From Amphiscolops sp. MND2022 (lineage: Eukaryota), in the NCBI GenBank assembly GCA_964187785.1, contig OZ076409.1, positions 62,064,001-62,128,000 on the forward strand: a stretch of 64,000 bases of DNA, given 5' to 3'. Below, piece by piece: positions 1 through 12,462 of the stretch. The position numbers and the translations under genes are program-made. The notes under the pieces are model-generated. The model was not told the origin of the DNA. It worked only from the letters and a program-made list of their open reading frames with translations, and made no database searches. Position 1 is the stretch's first letter; every line of letters begins with the position of its first letter.

Positions 1-675
1 ATAACTATAAACGAGATTCTAGATCTCATCGTTCTCACGATAGATCACACAGATCACCTTACAGACGCGATTCTCGTCCTAGATACAGATCACGTTCTTA
101 TTCAACAGACAACAATTTTACAAGATATACTTCTTCATTCAGACCTCCTTCAAGACCAAGAGATTCTAGATGTTCTAGATCCCGCTCTCATTCCAAAACA
201 AGAAACAAAGTTAATACAGTACAAGCGCAATCAACAAATGACCCTCTTAAACTTGAAGTACACCTGTACCACTCTACAGAAAAGGATAATGCTTTGACAG
301 CAACCAGTTAGTTTTACTCATTATGTTCACATACTTCCGGAAGACATAATAAATGTGACTACCCATCACGACTAGAACTTTTTTGCTTTTTGATTTTTCT
401 GCCTATATCTCAGTACTTAGTTATCCAACCTATATTACAGTTGCAAAACTTCATAATATAACCAATCATAACACGACACCTAATTCCTTCAAAACACTAA
501 CGGATGCTAATCAGACAGATGTCCCTATATTACATTATCTAACTCTCACACTGAACACAACTAATGATGATATTTCTCGAGATTTCATTATTCCAATTGC
601 AGTAACTGATATCAAATACAACATTTTTGGCACTCAATTTTTCGAAGAATACACACAAAAGATCAACATACAAGC
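1..675 (+). pseudogene. Degenerate LTR-retrotransposon gag C-terminus plus retropepsin protease remnant
   Basis: An RS-rich reading (RDSRSHRSHDRSHRSPYRRDSRPRYRSRS) is followed by LFDFSAYISVL (degenerate DSGA active-site motif) and KYNIFGTQFF (ILG motif). There is an in-frame stop at ~310, and the remnant is cut off by a repeat at ~680. Confidence 0.6.
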
Positions 676-681
676 GTGTAC

Positions 682-752
682 GAAACCAGAGTTGGTGGGA
701 CATAGACACCACTTTTTACTAGGCCTTGGTGGGACGGGCACAAGGTGGGACA
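682..752 (+). mobile_element. Terminal repeat of a putative non-autonomous DNA transposon family (GGTGGGAC motif)
   Basis: Direct copy at 5108-5180. 714-738 (TTTTACTAGGCCTTGGTGGGACGGG) has an exact inverted copy at 4649-4673. Confidence 0.5.
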
Positions 753-904
753 TAATAAGTGAGACGTCATTTTTCACATGGTGCAAAATGCCTAAAATTG
801 ACAAAGAAACCATTTGAGAAAATGTTCCACCAAGTGCCTTACACTCCACACCTACACATTTTTACAGCACCGACAAGCGGCCAGAAGTTGTCATCGATGA
901 AATC

Positions 905-1160
905 CGCGTTTTTGATTGGTTAAACGGATTGTGTGTATGTCCCACCAACAACGCGTGAAATGGCCCCATGTGTCTCGGCCTCTGATTGGTCGGCGAGAAT
1001 GCTGTGTGTATGTCCCACCAACGCGGGTTGTAAACTTCGGCTTCTGATTGGTCGACGACATGTCGAGTGTATGTCCCACCAAGTGATGGGTTTTTGAAAA
1101 AGAACGAACGCCGACCTCGGATTGTCAAGTCGTTTTTATCGGTGCAAGTCCCACCAAGTA
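905..1160. repeat. Array of TGATTGGT...GTATGTCCCACCAA motifs (3 full units ~60-75 bp apart plus one partial)
   Basis: ATGTCCCACCA recurs at ~937, ~1010 and ~1071, with GTCCCACCAA at ~1148. It is the reverse complement of the TGGTGGGACAT motif at 692-703. Confidence 0.7.
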
Positions 1161-1314
1161 TGATAATTTTCTTTTCGTCATTGACCTCTTTAAACGTTCA
1201 TGTTGCTTCATTCTAACACCACATTACTATGATTCATTTATGATGTGACCGACAGGGTATGCACCAACAATGCTTGTCCCACAAACTCCAAGTTTCGAAC
1301 AGTTTTTAAAAATC

Positions 1315-2216
1315 AATTCTATCATTTTTAGAAAGGCTTCAGAATGGAGATATCATATATGCATTAGCGAAATTTCTCGCATTTACAAAGTAATTTATTC
1401 ACTTATTCACAAAACCACCCCCTCCCCCCACGCAAAAGAGTGAAATGAAACAAAAGAAATACTCAACAACGATTTCAAGGTCCTAGTTATAATTATTTCA
1501 GTTTATTTTTTGGAATAAATTCTATCATTTTCAGAAAGGCTGCAGAATGAAGATATCATAAAAACAATAGCGAAATTTCTCGCATTTACAAAGTAATTTA
1601 TTCACCTATTCACAAAACCACCCCCCCCCTCCCCCGCCCACGCAAAAGAGTAAAATGAAACAAAAGAAATACTCAACAACGATTTCAAGGTCCTAGTTAT
1701 AATTATTTCAGTTTATTTTTTGGAATAAATTCTATCATTTTCAGAAAGGCTGCAGAATGAAGATATCATAAAAACAATAGCGAAATTTCTCGCATTTACA
1801 AAGTAATTTATTCACCTATTCACAAAACCACCCCCCCTCCCCCCGCCCACGCAAAAGAGTAAAATGAAACAAAAGAAATACTCAACAACGATTTCAAGGT
1901 CCTAATTAAAATTATTTCAGTTTGTTTTTTTTTGGAATAAATTCTATCAGTTTCAGAAAGGCTGCAGAATGAAGATATCATAAATGCATTGGCGAAGTTT
2001 CTCGCATTTACAAAGTAATTTATTCACCTATTCACAAAACCACCCCCACGCAAAAGAGTAAAATGAAACAAAAGAAATACTCAACAACGATTTCAAGGTC
2101 CTAATTAAAATTATTTCAGTTTAATTTTCGGAATAAATTCGATCATTTTCAGAAAGGATACAGAATGACGATATCATAAATGCATTAGCGAAATTTCTCG
2201 CATTTACAAAGTAATT
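1315..2216. repeat. Tandem repeat, ~205-210 bp unit, ~4.4 copies
   Basis: AATTCTATCATTTTCAGAAAGGCTGCAGAATGAAGATATC recurs at ~1315, 1518, 1728, 1940 and 2137, with a variable poly-C tract in each unit. Confidence 0.95.
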
Positions 2217-2671
2217 TCATGGAGAAAAGTCGCGTTGACATTTGACAAAACTCGAAATCACACGGCGTTGCTATTTCATTGAATTTACAATTAGGATAGG
2301 CGATGAGAATTGCATTTAGAAAATTGATGATTTTTATTTGATATCGACAAAGTTTTTCAATCAAATCATATCAGCATCCTCAGGAGATTTGGGGGCATAT
2401 GATCAACTAAAAAGCTTTCAAAACAATTTTTTCAACTTCGTTAAAATCAAGAAAATATGGAAATTTGATGAAATTTTGTCAAAATTTCCAATTTCTAACT
2501 TTCGTAATTTTCGTCGCAGAAATTTCAAACAAACATTTTTGTAAACCAGATAAAATTCTAAGAAACTTTTGTAGCTGACAATTTTTTGTATTTGTGACAG
2601 TCTTAAAGGTATTTGGATTTGAAACTCGCAATTTTGAGCAATGGAGTTGCGATATTTTAGAACACTACTGT

Positions 2672-2815
2672 ACTCGAAATCACATCGCGTTGCTATTCCA
2701 TTTAGAGTTGCTCGAAATCACATCGCGTTGCTATTTCACTGGAAATACTTGAAATCACATCGCGTTGCTATTTTACTGGTATTACTCCCTCAAATCACTC
2801 CGCGTTGCTATTTTC
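2672..2815. repeat. Minisatellite of GAAATCACATCGCGTTGCTATT, ~38-44 bp period (outlier copy at ~2251)
   Basis: Four adjacent copies plus one at 2251-2275. Confidence 0.85.
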
Positions 2816-3212
2816 AACCAACCAGAGCGCTTATTGCTGGTTTGTCGTTAGCGAACAATACAATACCGTGATAAGGAAAACGTCCCCCGGGCAATTGCAG
2901 GGTCGATTTTCTCGAAATCGGTCGAGAAATTGAAAAACATCAGAGAAAAAAGTTTTCAAAATTTCATGTAGCTCACATTAGTTTTTTAAATTTTTGACTG
3001 CTTTATCCACTCTTGTTTTGGCAAGTTTTATGCTCAATTAACTCCCACAATTCTAATGAATTAATTGATGTATTTTGGTTATGTGGATAATTAATTTGTG
3101 TGTTTCTATTTATCATTTAATTGATTTTGGTTGACATCTATTCCTTTTAGAATTTCCTACTTTTAAAAGAGTACTTGGCATATTTTTGTACTAGATATTG
3201 TAAACTTAGATT

Positions 3213-3299
3213 TTTGAGACCCTTTAGAGGCCACGTTCTCGGCGTGGGTCTTGTTATGGGCGACAATATGTGGTCCCCTAACTGAGAGCCTCTTCAAAA
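3213..3299 (+). repeat. 87-bp repeat with an inverted copy at 6607-6693
   Basis: TTTGAGACCCTTTAGAGGCCACGTTCTCGGCGTGGGTCTTGTTATGGGCGAC... is nearly the exact reverse complement of 6607-6693. Confidence 0.85.
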
Positions 3300-3597
3300 C
3301 TTAATTTTACTGGGCAAAAGTAACTTTTCGTTTAGATTTGTAATCTCAGCTGTTATTTGTGTCCGACGAAATATGTTCTCATTCACATGAACATTTGCGT
3401 TTCCTACAGTTATACAACGTAATGTTTAACAACGTGCCGTGTGGGGGCAGCAGAAAATGAAAATTTGGTCCCATACAGCAGGATTCAAATACAGCAGAAA
3501 ATCAAATTAGCTTTTAGTGCTGTTACAGCTAATATGCATGGAACTTGATTTCTTTGGAAGGTTAGCAAATTTGTAGTATGGTTCGGTCGCTTGAAGC

Positions 3598-3728
3598 GAC
3601 AATTCGGGGAAGGTGCGAATTTGTTTAGGCAAAAGTTGTGACGTTATGCTCGGCTGCTATAAATTATAGCAGACGACCATAACGTCACAACTTTTGCTTA
3701 AACAAATTCGCACTTTCCCCGAACTGTC
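3598..3728. mobile_element. ~130-bp foldback palindrome (MITE-like)
   Basis: The arms GACAATTCGGGGAAGGTGCGAATTTG...CTGCTATA and TATAGCAG...CAAATTCGCACTTTCCCCGAACTGTC pair over ~64 bp with few mismatches and a minimal loop. Confidence 0.85.
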
Positions 3729-4828
3729 AATGCCCTTAGTTGGCACAGTGACTTCTTTAATTAGCAGTGCTAATTTAGCACGCTGCGGCTATGAATATTC
3801 GCAAACACATGTACTGTAAATATTGTAATACTGATTTGAGTTAAAATTCAGTTTTGATGAACCTATTTCCGGCATTTGTTACAATTTTGTTCATTTTCGG
3901 AAGTTTTATTTCAATCAATTATTTCGGAATAATGGGGCTTTGGAACAATCGAATTCCCCCACTTATTTTCTCCCTAATTCCTCTGATTTTCAAGTCGTTC
4001 CAAGTCCAAGTATCTCAAACCTTTTGTCGAAAATGGTTTCAAGCATAGCTTACAGATTACTTTGAAGAGTTTCGGGGATTCCTGGAATTACTTTTATCTT
4101 GTTTCTTCAGCTCTTTTTCTTAATATGTCATACAAACCCTAACCCACAGGTGACCTAACTCGTTTTTTGTTGGTTAGTTATTTTTTTGATTAAACTCATT
4201 CAAATTTCTAATTGTCCAAATAAACGTGGATTTCCAAAGAGCAAATATAATAAAAACTCATTTTCAATTATTGTAAATTGTTCCAAGCGTGAACGTGTGC
4301 AATTTTGGACAATAAAATCAAAAGATTTTGGAATTTTTTCCTGAAGTGTCCAAACACTTGTAGAGACATTCCTCTAAGTATAATCCAAACATAAGTATAA
4401 TATTCTCTTATTAGTTTAATATTTTTATTCCAGAAGAAAATGTGCTTTCGTGTTGGTTGGTGTACCTGGTATTTGAACCTTCGGTCTCATCCCCCCGCCG
4501 CAGTTTGGGGGGGGATAGATGACACAGTCCTTTTAGTCAACATAGAGTAGACTATGAAGTTCATAAGCATGCTCTAACAATCATATCCCCAATTTTGGAA
4601 CTGCTCAATAATGGCCAATCTGGGAGGTCCCACCTGTCTCTCCTAATTCCCGTCCCACCAAGGCCTAGTAAAAGTAAAAAGTGGTCTATTTAAACACTTG
4701 GGGCCAACGTGCAATCAATGGAAATCTAATTTTTGTTGTTTTGGTAATTTTTCGTTCCAAAGGAATTTCTTTTGGTAAATCACGGCTGAGTACACTTTGT
4801 ATATCAATGCTATGAAGTTTCAGTCAGA

Positions 4829-4995
<167 letters not shown>

Positions 4996-5212
4996 TAGAT
5001 CTTGAAGACAAAATGAAGTCTTAAGAGGAACTGTTTATTTGGTTTATTTTGAAGACGATTACTTGGTAAGATGCCAAGTTACACTTGAATTAGTTACCAG
5101 ACTTGAGGAAACCAGACTTAGTGGGACATAGACCCCTTTTTACTATGCCTTGGTGGGACGGGCATTTGGTGGGACATAAAAAGTGGGATAATGTGTGAGT
5201 TAACGTAGAAAG

Positions 5213-5350
5213 AGAAACGCAATATGATTGAGATTAGATGTGTATTGTTTCACTAGACGTATGATCTAAAAGAAAGGCAATGTGATAGATATTCGATTTG
5301 TATTGTTTCACTAGAAGTATGATCAAAAAAAAACGCAATGTGATTGATAT
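5213..5350. repeat. ~60-bp tandem repeat, ~2.3 copies
   Basis: GCAATGTGAT...TGTATTGTTTCACTAGA.GTATGATC is repeated. Confidence 0.75.
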
Positions 5351-6095
5351 TAATTGCAAACACTTTGGGACATCAAACATGTTGCGTCTCTGTGCCAATA
5401 ATTTTATTTTGCGAAAAATAGTTTAACTTTGCCATCAACAAATTTTGTTTGAGGTGAAAATAAGGCGTGCTTTTCATGCACGATATAAAGCCCTTTTTTC
5501 AGGCTCAATCACATTGTGGTTCTTTATTAGTTCAGTTCTCATCACAACAAAAATAGTCCCACTCACCATTTACAAAATGAAATTGAATTCATTTATCATA
5601 AAAATAAAACCAAATTCCAGGTTTTTGGAATTCCAGGAAACTCACGAAAATTTATCTGTAATTTTCAGCAAAACTTTCTTGTAAACATTTTTAATTGGAA
5701 CTGATTTCAATTTTGTTATTTGAAACTAAATTAGATTTTGTTATTTGCTCATAAGTTATTTGGGAATCCACAGGTGGAGATACATATCATCCCTGCGCAT
5801 GTGACTAACCTAATCTCTCATGTGACTAACCTGACTCCAAATGTATATTTTATTATTATAAATGATTTTTTTAAAATTTAAATTACGGAAAGAAGAAAAT
5901 TACGGAAAGAAGAAATTACGGTGACAAGAAGAATTGCACCCAGTTTTTAATTAAGAAGACTACCTACCGTCTTTTATAAAAAATGTATTTTTGTTTATAA
6001 CAGTATGGTATGAGCTAAAACAAACGAAATGTGATGGAACGCGGCGTGGAGTATTTACATGTATTGCGTATATATATTCAAGTTACTTTACCGTA

Positions 6096-6160
6096 AATAG
6101 GGGACTATGGCTCGGAGCAACAGCATCCGCTCGTTACATCACCGAAGTTAAACACTCTGA
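6096..6160 (+). pseudogene. Possible 5S rRNA 5'-half fragment (pseudogene or 5S-derived SINE head)
   Basis: GACTAT...CTCGTTACATCACCGAAGTTAAACA resembles invertebrate 5S GACCAT...CTCGTCCGATCACCGAAGTTAAGCA (box A region). TCGGAG and CTCTGA can pair as helix II. The 3' half is absent. Confidence 0.35.
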
Positions 6161-6866
6161 TGCTCCACCGCGGCAGAATAAAACACTTGTTCCATGAAAT
6201 CCAGATTCATTAGATAAGTATCTGTTGTCGCCTATCTCTAGATATCTGAGCACCTGTCCCGATTTTGTAAAAGATTGAAACTATTTTAGAAAAGAAACGC
6301 CGTGTGATGAGAATGGTTCGCTTACCTTACTACTGTTATACATGTACGGTGTTTATTTGTTATTATTATTATTATTTAACGTTTCTCCAATCACCAATTA
6401 ATATAGATTGAATCAATAGTAGCCAGAGAGTAGCTGGTGTTGGAGGGGAACCAGAAAGGCAAGTTCATGCCATCTAAGCTGGATCCGATTAGATTTCTGC
6501 TTTACTACTGAATTCAACAATGACATCTTTTCAAAAATGTCGGGCCTTTGTTAATGTTGTGATCAGAAATCACAACATATAGTCACGCTAGCCCAGTATT
6601 CTGTGATTTTAAAGAGGCTCTCAGTTAGGGGATCACATAGTGTCGCCCATAACAAGACCCACGCCGAGAACGTGGCCTCTGAAGGGTCTCAAACAATGGT
6701 GTTAAAAATCAATTAGTTGCCAACTTTTACAATTATTTTTCACAATATAAACGTATGAATAATCACAGTTATCCCGAAGACGGCAAGGCCCGTGAAAATG
6801 GTAGACGCAAATTTGTATGTACATTTGTTGTGAAAACTGCTGATACATGTAAAATGGGACGCTCAA

Positions 6867-7051
6867 CAGGGGTTGTCAAAAATTAATTTTTGGGGAACAA
6901 TCAAATATCAAAGATTGCAATCAATTAATTTAATTTTACAAAAAATAAATCATTTAGTTGCAATTAATTGCAATTAATCGTTGTTATGTCAAATAAATGA
7001 TTGCAATTATATGCAAATAATTTTTCTCCAATTAATTTTTGACAACCCCTG
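6867..7051. mobile_element. hAT-type MITE, 185 bp
   Basis: 22-bp perfect TIR (CAGGGGTTGTCAAAAATTAATT / AATTAATTTTTGACAACCCCTG) and an 8-bp TSD ACGCTCAA/ACGCTGAA with one mismatch. Confidence 0.85.
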
Positions 7052-7441
7052 ACGCTGAATACTTTTCTTCACACTCACTGTTCAATTCTATTATTAATTC
7101 TGTTCATTATGAAAATGCAAATTCAGCAAAAATGGGGAAGGGTAAAAGTCCGAACAAATCGCAACATCCCTCATTAACTGGATAACATTTCGTTTGTATT
7201 TGCATCTGATTGGCCCATGTTATAACAGTTTTTTTATAACATGTTTGTTATAACATGTTTCATTTTTATTTCAATTTTTTTAAAACTTGTGACACAAAAA
7301 ATTTTTGCTCACATTTGATTGGCTGTCGCATTCGCCAATGAGTATTTTCGTTAAAATGAGATAAATTTTTTTTTCTTTTAACATCACTGTCCGTAAACGA
7401 AATAGTACAATGAATTTACAAAATCTACAAAATTTACAGAA

Positions 7442-7651
7442 CTAAGAATATAAAACATTATCTACAGGTATTCTACATAAAGGACATTTAAGTACATTTA
7501 CAAAACTAACTAAAAGGGTATCTAAACAGTCTCTACATACTAAATGTAATCTATGTTTTTCATGCATACTCTGTAATTCTACTGATCCATATTCATCTAA
7601 GCAAATTAAACAACTACTGTAATTCTTCTGGGGCGTTCGCTTGACCCTCAT
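7442..7651 (-). CDS. Small RING-finger protein or terminal RING exon (putative E3 ligase)
   Basis: CLIC-x16-H-x2-H-x2-CRDC-x13-CPLCR has RING spacing, with His at ligand 3. A possible TTTCAG splice acceptor lies just upstream. Confidence 0.6.
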   Translation of the reverse strand: MRVKRTPQKNYSSCLICLDEYGSVELQSMHEKHRLHLVCRDCLDTLLVSFVNVLKCPLCRIPVDNVLYS

Positions 7652-8279
7652 GCGCTTGACTCCTGAAACCTCGTGAAAAAATTAGTTGAGCACTCTGTAT
7701 CGAACATCCGTTTTTTATACTTATAGTATATGTTTATAAAGATTTCATCCTAAAAAATAATAATTATTAAATTATTGAATATTTTTTATTCTTAGATAAT
7801 ATAATAGTATTATTACTATTTCTGAGATTATATTTTAATGATAATACTATTTTAATTATATATATTATATGTTTTGTTGCTTTTGCTAATATGACTACTG
7901 TAGTAGTATTCAATTCGTCGACGTATCTTGATATATTGGTAATATTTTGGTCGAAGTATCTTAAAATATTGAAATTCAAGTAGTAGTTACTTGAAAATAA
8001 TTTTCCTGTAACGTTTATCGCCCTCTTACCCCTACCGATTATTCCCCACCCCGGAAATCTTCGACAATACAATTTTCAACAGTTGCAACATCTTTATCAC
8101 AGTTACCATTTTAACGTTCTTACCTGTTGAACAGAATATCAACCGAATAAAATTCAATATAACCAAGTAAATAAAGTTTCAGAAACGAAATTCTGACAGG
8201 TTATTCTAATAAGAATTGAACAAATTCTGTTTCACGCAAATGTAGACCAAATAACATAAGGGCAATTTATATTTTAATT

Positions 8280-8445
8280 TAATGACAGATTTAAAGACTT
8301 TTCATTTAATGACATTCATTTTATGACAGTTTCCTTGACGAATGACAATGGATTTCATTTTCAAATGACATTTCATTTAATGACAAATTCATTGACAAAT
8401 GACAGTTGATTTCATCTTCAAAGGACATTTCATTTAAGGACAAGT
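8280..8445. repeat. Cluster of TTCATTTAATGACA / AATGACA motifs
   Basis: About 9 degenerate (A)ATGACA/AGGACA units within 165 bp. Confidence 0.6.
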
Positions 8446-11400
8446 TAATTTTTAGGATCTGTGAAACTCATTTCAGAAAACAAATATTTTATAAAACTAA
8501 ATTCGTTTCGGAATTGTGAATACTTGTTCACTGAATTGTGTTCGCTATTGCCATTTGGTCATCATAGAAATTGTAGATAATTCAATAGTGGAGAGAATTT
8601 TAAATTCGAATTGGTGTTTGCTTTGAAGGTGTTTGCTATTTGCGATTTACTATTCAGACAACTGCAAGGCGAACGAAGAAATTGGAAATCCGTTTACGAA
8701 CCATGCCGGGACTGAACGAAATTTTCACAATTTTTGTACGCGCTGTGATTAACGTAGAAAATTGAAATTGAGTACTTGTTTGCTCCTAATTATTTGGTTT
8801 CTCTATGTTTCTGAAGTATCCCTATTGCCTAAATTAATAAAATTAAAAATTGTGGATTCACAAATAACTTGAGAGCAATGGTCATACTTTTGAAATTGGT
8901 GTGAATATTCAAATTCAAAAATTTCTCATTTATCAAAATAACTCAAAATTTCCACAAATTTTAAACCAAAGCGGCAATTTAGAATCTTGACAAGCAAATC
9001 TTTTCCAAGCATCAGAATGGAAAATGCTCAGCATTTCGTTTTATTGAAAATAACATTTTAGACAGATTTTGGCTATACACAAAAGTTAGAGCAATATGAT
9101 CCAAAGCAACCCCAATACCATGAACAGCGAAAACATCCATTTTTTGAATAAAAACTTAATGTCAATTACTTCACTCATGTCTTCCTTCTTGCCCTCCTTC
9201 TTGATGTCTCCATCATGCCGCAAGCTGAGACTGACTTCACGCCTCATCTTCACTACTTGGATGGCTCCAACATCTTCATTCGTTACTTCTCTCCAACGAT
9301 GTTTCACTCGTTGAACTTTTCCGCAGATCGTCATTCTTCACTTCTCATCGTCACTTCTCATAGCCCTGATGACTCCACACTGATGACACTGAACTTCCCC
9401 AAAAACAGTTTCAAGCTTTAAACTTTTAAAGTAAATCTTATTTTATTCTTATTCTTACTTATCCTTTTACCCCATATTTCAAATCGTCTTGATGCTAACC
9501 TCATGTATTCTTATAACACATATTTGAACCCTATTAGTGGTACAATAACCTTCATAATAATCTTGTAATCTGTATACTCTTGTACCTTATGTAGCCTTGT
9601 AAATTTGTAAATCTTATAATGTTACATAGTGCTTAGTACAAAAAGTTCTTTCATACTACACCTAACACATTTTTGTATAGTTTTCTTTTTATGGTACAAT
9701 TTTTTTTCAGAACACTTCAATACTTCAAAAAAAAAATTTTTCACTAGAGATTTAAGCTCCTTTACTTTGAGGTTTTAAACACTTTTTCGGCGCTCACTCT
9801 TGTTCTTCATTTTTGTTGAAAATGAAATAGAACCTGGTTTTCACTGACTTCTTCAATTTTTGTTTACTACCCGCCAATGATGGTCATAACTCATTGACCA
9901 CTTTGTCAAACTTCTCCAACTCCAAAAGTTTTCACTCGTGTATGCTCACTTGAAGACTTTCATTTTATTTTTTAAGGCTGATGAAAGGATACTCACATGT
10001 TTCATGCTCAAAAAATCTCAGGAAATAAAAGAGAAATATGTAAAACAATAACTTGTACGAAACTGTCAGTCACACTCTCTGACCTCAAAAACCTAACCCA
10101 AGTGGACGTCTAAAAACATAGGAAGTTAAACCGTCCTAGGTTGTTCTCACTCCTTAAGTATCATACATGCTCTTTGGAACAAGAATATGTAACATTAAAA
10201 CCCTTCCAGACTGAAACAAAACCTTTTGAAACACACCACTCCAAAAGTGCAGATATTTGTCACCTCTTTAAAAATCCCGGTTGATTGTGATGCCAAGATG
10301 CATGTGCTCAAGTATTTTCATAATCCTGAAATGTATCTAATCTCTTGACCTAATAACTTGACAGATATCACTTCATTTAGAAGTTAAAACGTCATTATTA
10401 GATGCTGACATTTGGTGACTAATACATTATAGATCTAATCTTCTTACTGTCATCTTAGACTGACTTGAATTATACTTAATCCTAATAGTCAATGAAGTAA
10501 TAGTTGTTACCCAAAAACTTACCCATCAGAAGAATGACTCGAATCTTGTATTCAAGAAGCCTTCTCACTTAAGAAGAGAAAGACAGAAAACTTGAGATCT
10601 CAGTCTTCCAGTCACTTAGTTACTTGAAAAGAAGAGTTACCTCGACGACGGCTTTGCTTAAGACTTAAGAACTTCTTATGTATACTTGAAAGATCTACAG
10701 ACTAACGTAACACGAGTTTTAAGCAGTACACTAACGTTCAAAGTCACCGAAAGCTATTTGAACCGTAAAAAACTGTGCCTAATCAGATAATCATTTGTTG
10801 TAGCTAATGAAAATGTTAATGAACGTTCATCAATTCAGTGCAAATGATTATCAGTTTCTTCAATACATACAGGAAATAGTTCTGAGCCTAATGACAATGC
10901 ATGAAAATTCCAGCAGCTGTGATCGAGCTAGTTGAACATCCTTGCTGCGTACCTGCGAAGTTTTCCACAGGATGGCCTATTTCAATTCAGATTTCAAAAC
11001 GTATACTGTTTTTTCTGAAACACCACTAAGAATCTGAGGCTTTCGATAACGTTTTGAGTCAAAAGTACCCGACAAGCTGGAAATGCTCAGGACTTTGATT
11101 TCGTACGTAAGGTCTTCAGATCAGACACTTATGATCAAAGATCTTTCCAAAAAATTATAAATCAGGACTCGATATAATTGTAAATCATTGTAAAAACTAC
11201 CAAAAAGCAGAAAACCAATACTTCTTTTGGGAAGTTCTAATACGGGCTCTAAACTTTTGCTTCAAAATTTTTGACGAGCTTTGACAAACCCAATCAACGC
11301 ATTCCTGAACAATTAAGTGGCTCAACCTCACCTCAAAGAATTATCAAAGTATGCTGTCCAAACCCTTGAGTGACTCTCCTTTTTCATCATCTATGAACAA

Positions 11401-11685
11401 ATTTTGTCTTTCTTTATTATGAGTGATACTTCAATACGTTTTATTATTCTACACGTGCGATTTTGATTTGTACATGAACTTAGGCCCCCAGTTGTTTCTT
11501 TTATATAGAAGCGTCAATTCATTTTTCAATCAATTTTTGAACTTGAACAGACACCAGATACTTATAATCAGATTGTTTTACGGCTGTAACGCTCGTAGTT
11601 CAAGTTTTTATTACAGTATTACCTAGTGAGTTCCATGTTTGGAAACGTTACACATTCACAAACTTGAATTTGTAATTTTTTTTAG

Positions 11686-11726
11686 ATTGCCTTGCTTCTA
11701 GAAAGTAATCACCATCAGCAACAATG
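11686..11726 (+). CDS. EEF2: Candidate eEF2 start-codon exon (5'UTR plus ATG at 11724-11726)
   Basis: Bounded by a TTTTTTTTAG acceptor (ends 11685) and an ACAATG|GTTAGT donor. The downstream exon begins with VNFTVDQ in phase 0 and lacks only Met, matching the known ATG-only first coding exon of animal eEF2 genes. It lies 557 bp left of the Polinton. Confidence 0.6.
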
Positions 11727-12283
11727 GTTAGTTCCTTAGTTATGTATTTTAATATAAGGACCAAAATCTGGTAATAGTGCGAAACGATCGAAAAAGACAT
11801 GAATGAATAGTCTTTGAAAGTTTACTGAAATCCACCAAATTATATAAGGATATAGATCTAACACAGGACACCCCAAAGACCGGAAAAACCTGAGGAGTCA
11901 GTATAGTCAACTACATAAGGACACTGAACGCCTAAGACGTATTGACGGAAAAGTGATTTTGTGGATGTTTCGAAGACGTCCTCCGTTGTACTTTCTTGTC
12001 TGTAATTGGTACCAATAACTCGCAATAAGTTACCAAATCCAATATTCAATTAGACTTTTGGAACCTATATGAAAACTCTTAGTTCCTGGAACTTGAATTT
12101 TTCTATTGTTCAGTATTCGTACTCAATCGTGATTTTTTTCAGCCTGCTGTTTCCAAAAATCGATAATATACTTCGACTGTACCGTTAAAATGCTCTCAAA
12201 GTTGTGTCGAAAGCTGTCGTTACTCGATGTTTTGACAGCCATTTGTGCACAGTCATCTCAATGTTTTCTTGCCGGTCCATGGA

Positions 12284-12462
12284 AGTAGTGGAGTAAAGGG
12301 GGGTATAGGTAGATTTTTAATCCTTTGCAACTTTTAATAATATGAAACTTTGGTAGCTAGAATTATCAGCTGAGAGTGACAGTGATATGACAACAGAATA
12401 CACAATGGACTAACCAAGTTTAACTTTGACAGATGGTTGATATTTGGCACACACAAAGTATC
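12284..12462 (+). repeat. Polinton left TIR
   Basis: Reverse complement of 49626-49803 with ~14 differences in ~180 bp (manual count). Confidence 0.95.

Noticed and set aside
905..1160. CRISPR-like repeat-spacer array
   Set aside because: The repeats are only ~14 bp, few and irregularly spaced, the spacers share motifs, the context is eukaryotic and there are no cas genes.
9086..9334. 82-aa ORF with a C-terminal hydrophobic tail
   Set aside because: No recognisable family, splice support or second copy; cannot be supported.
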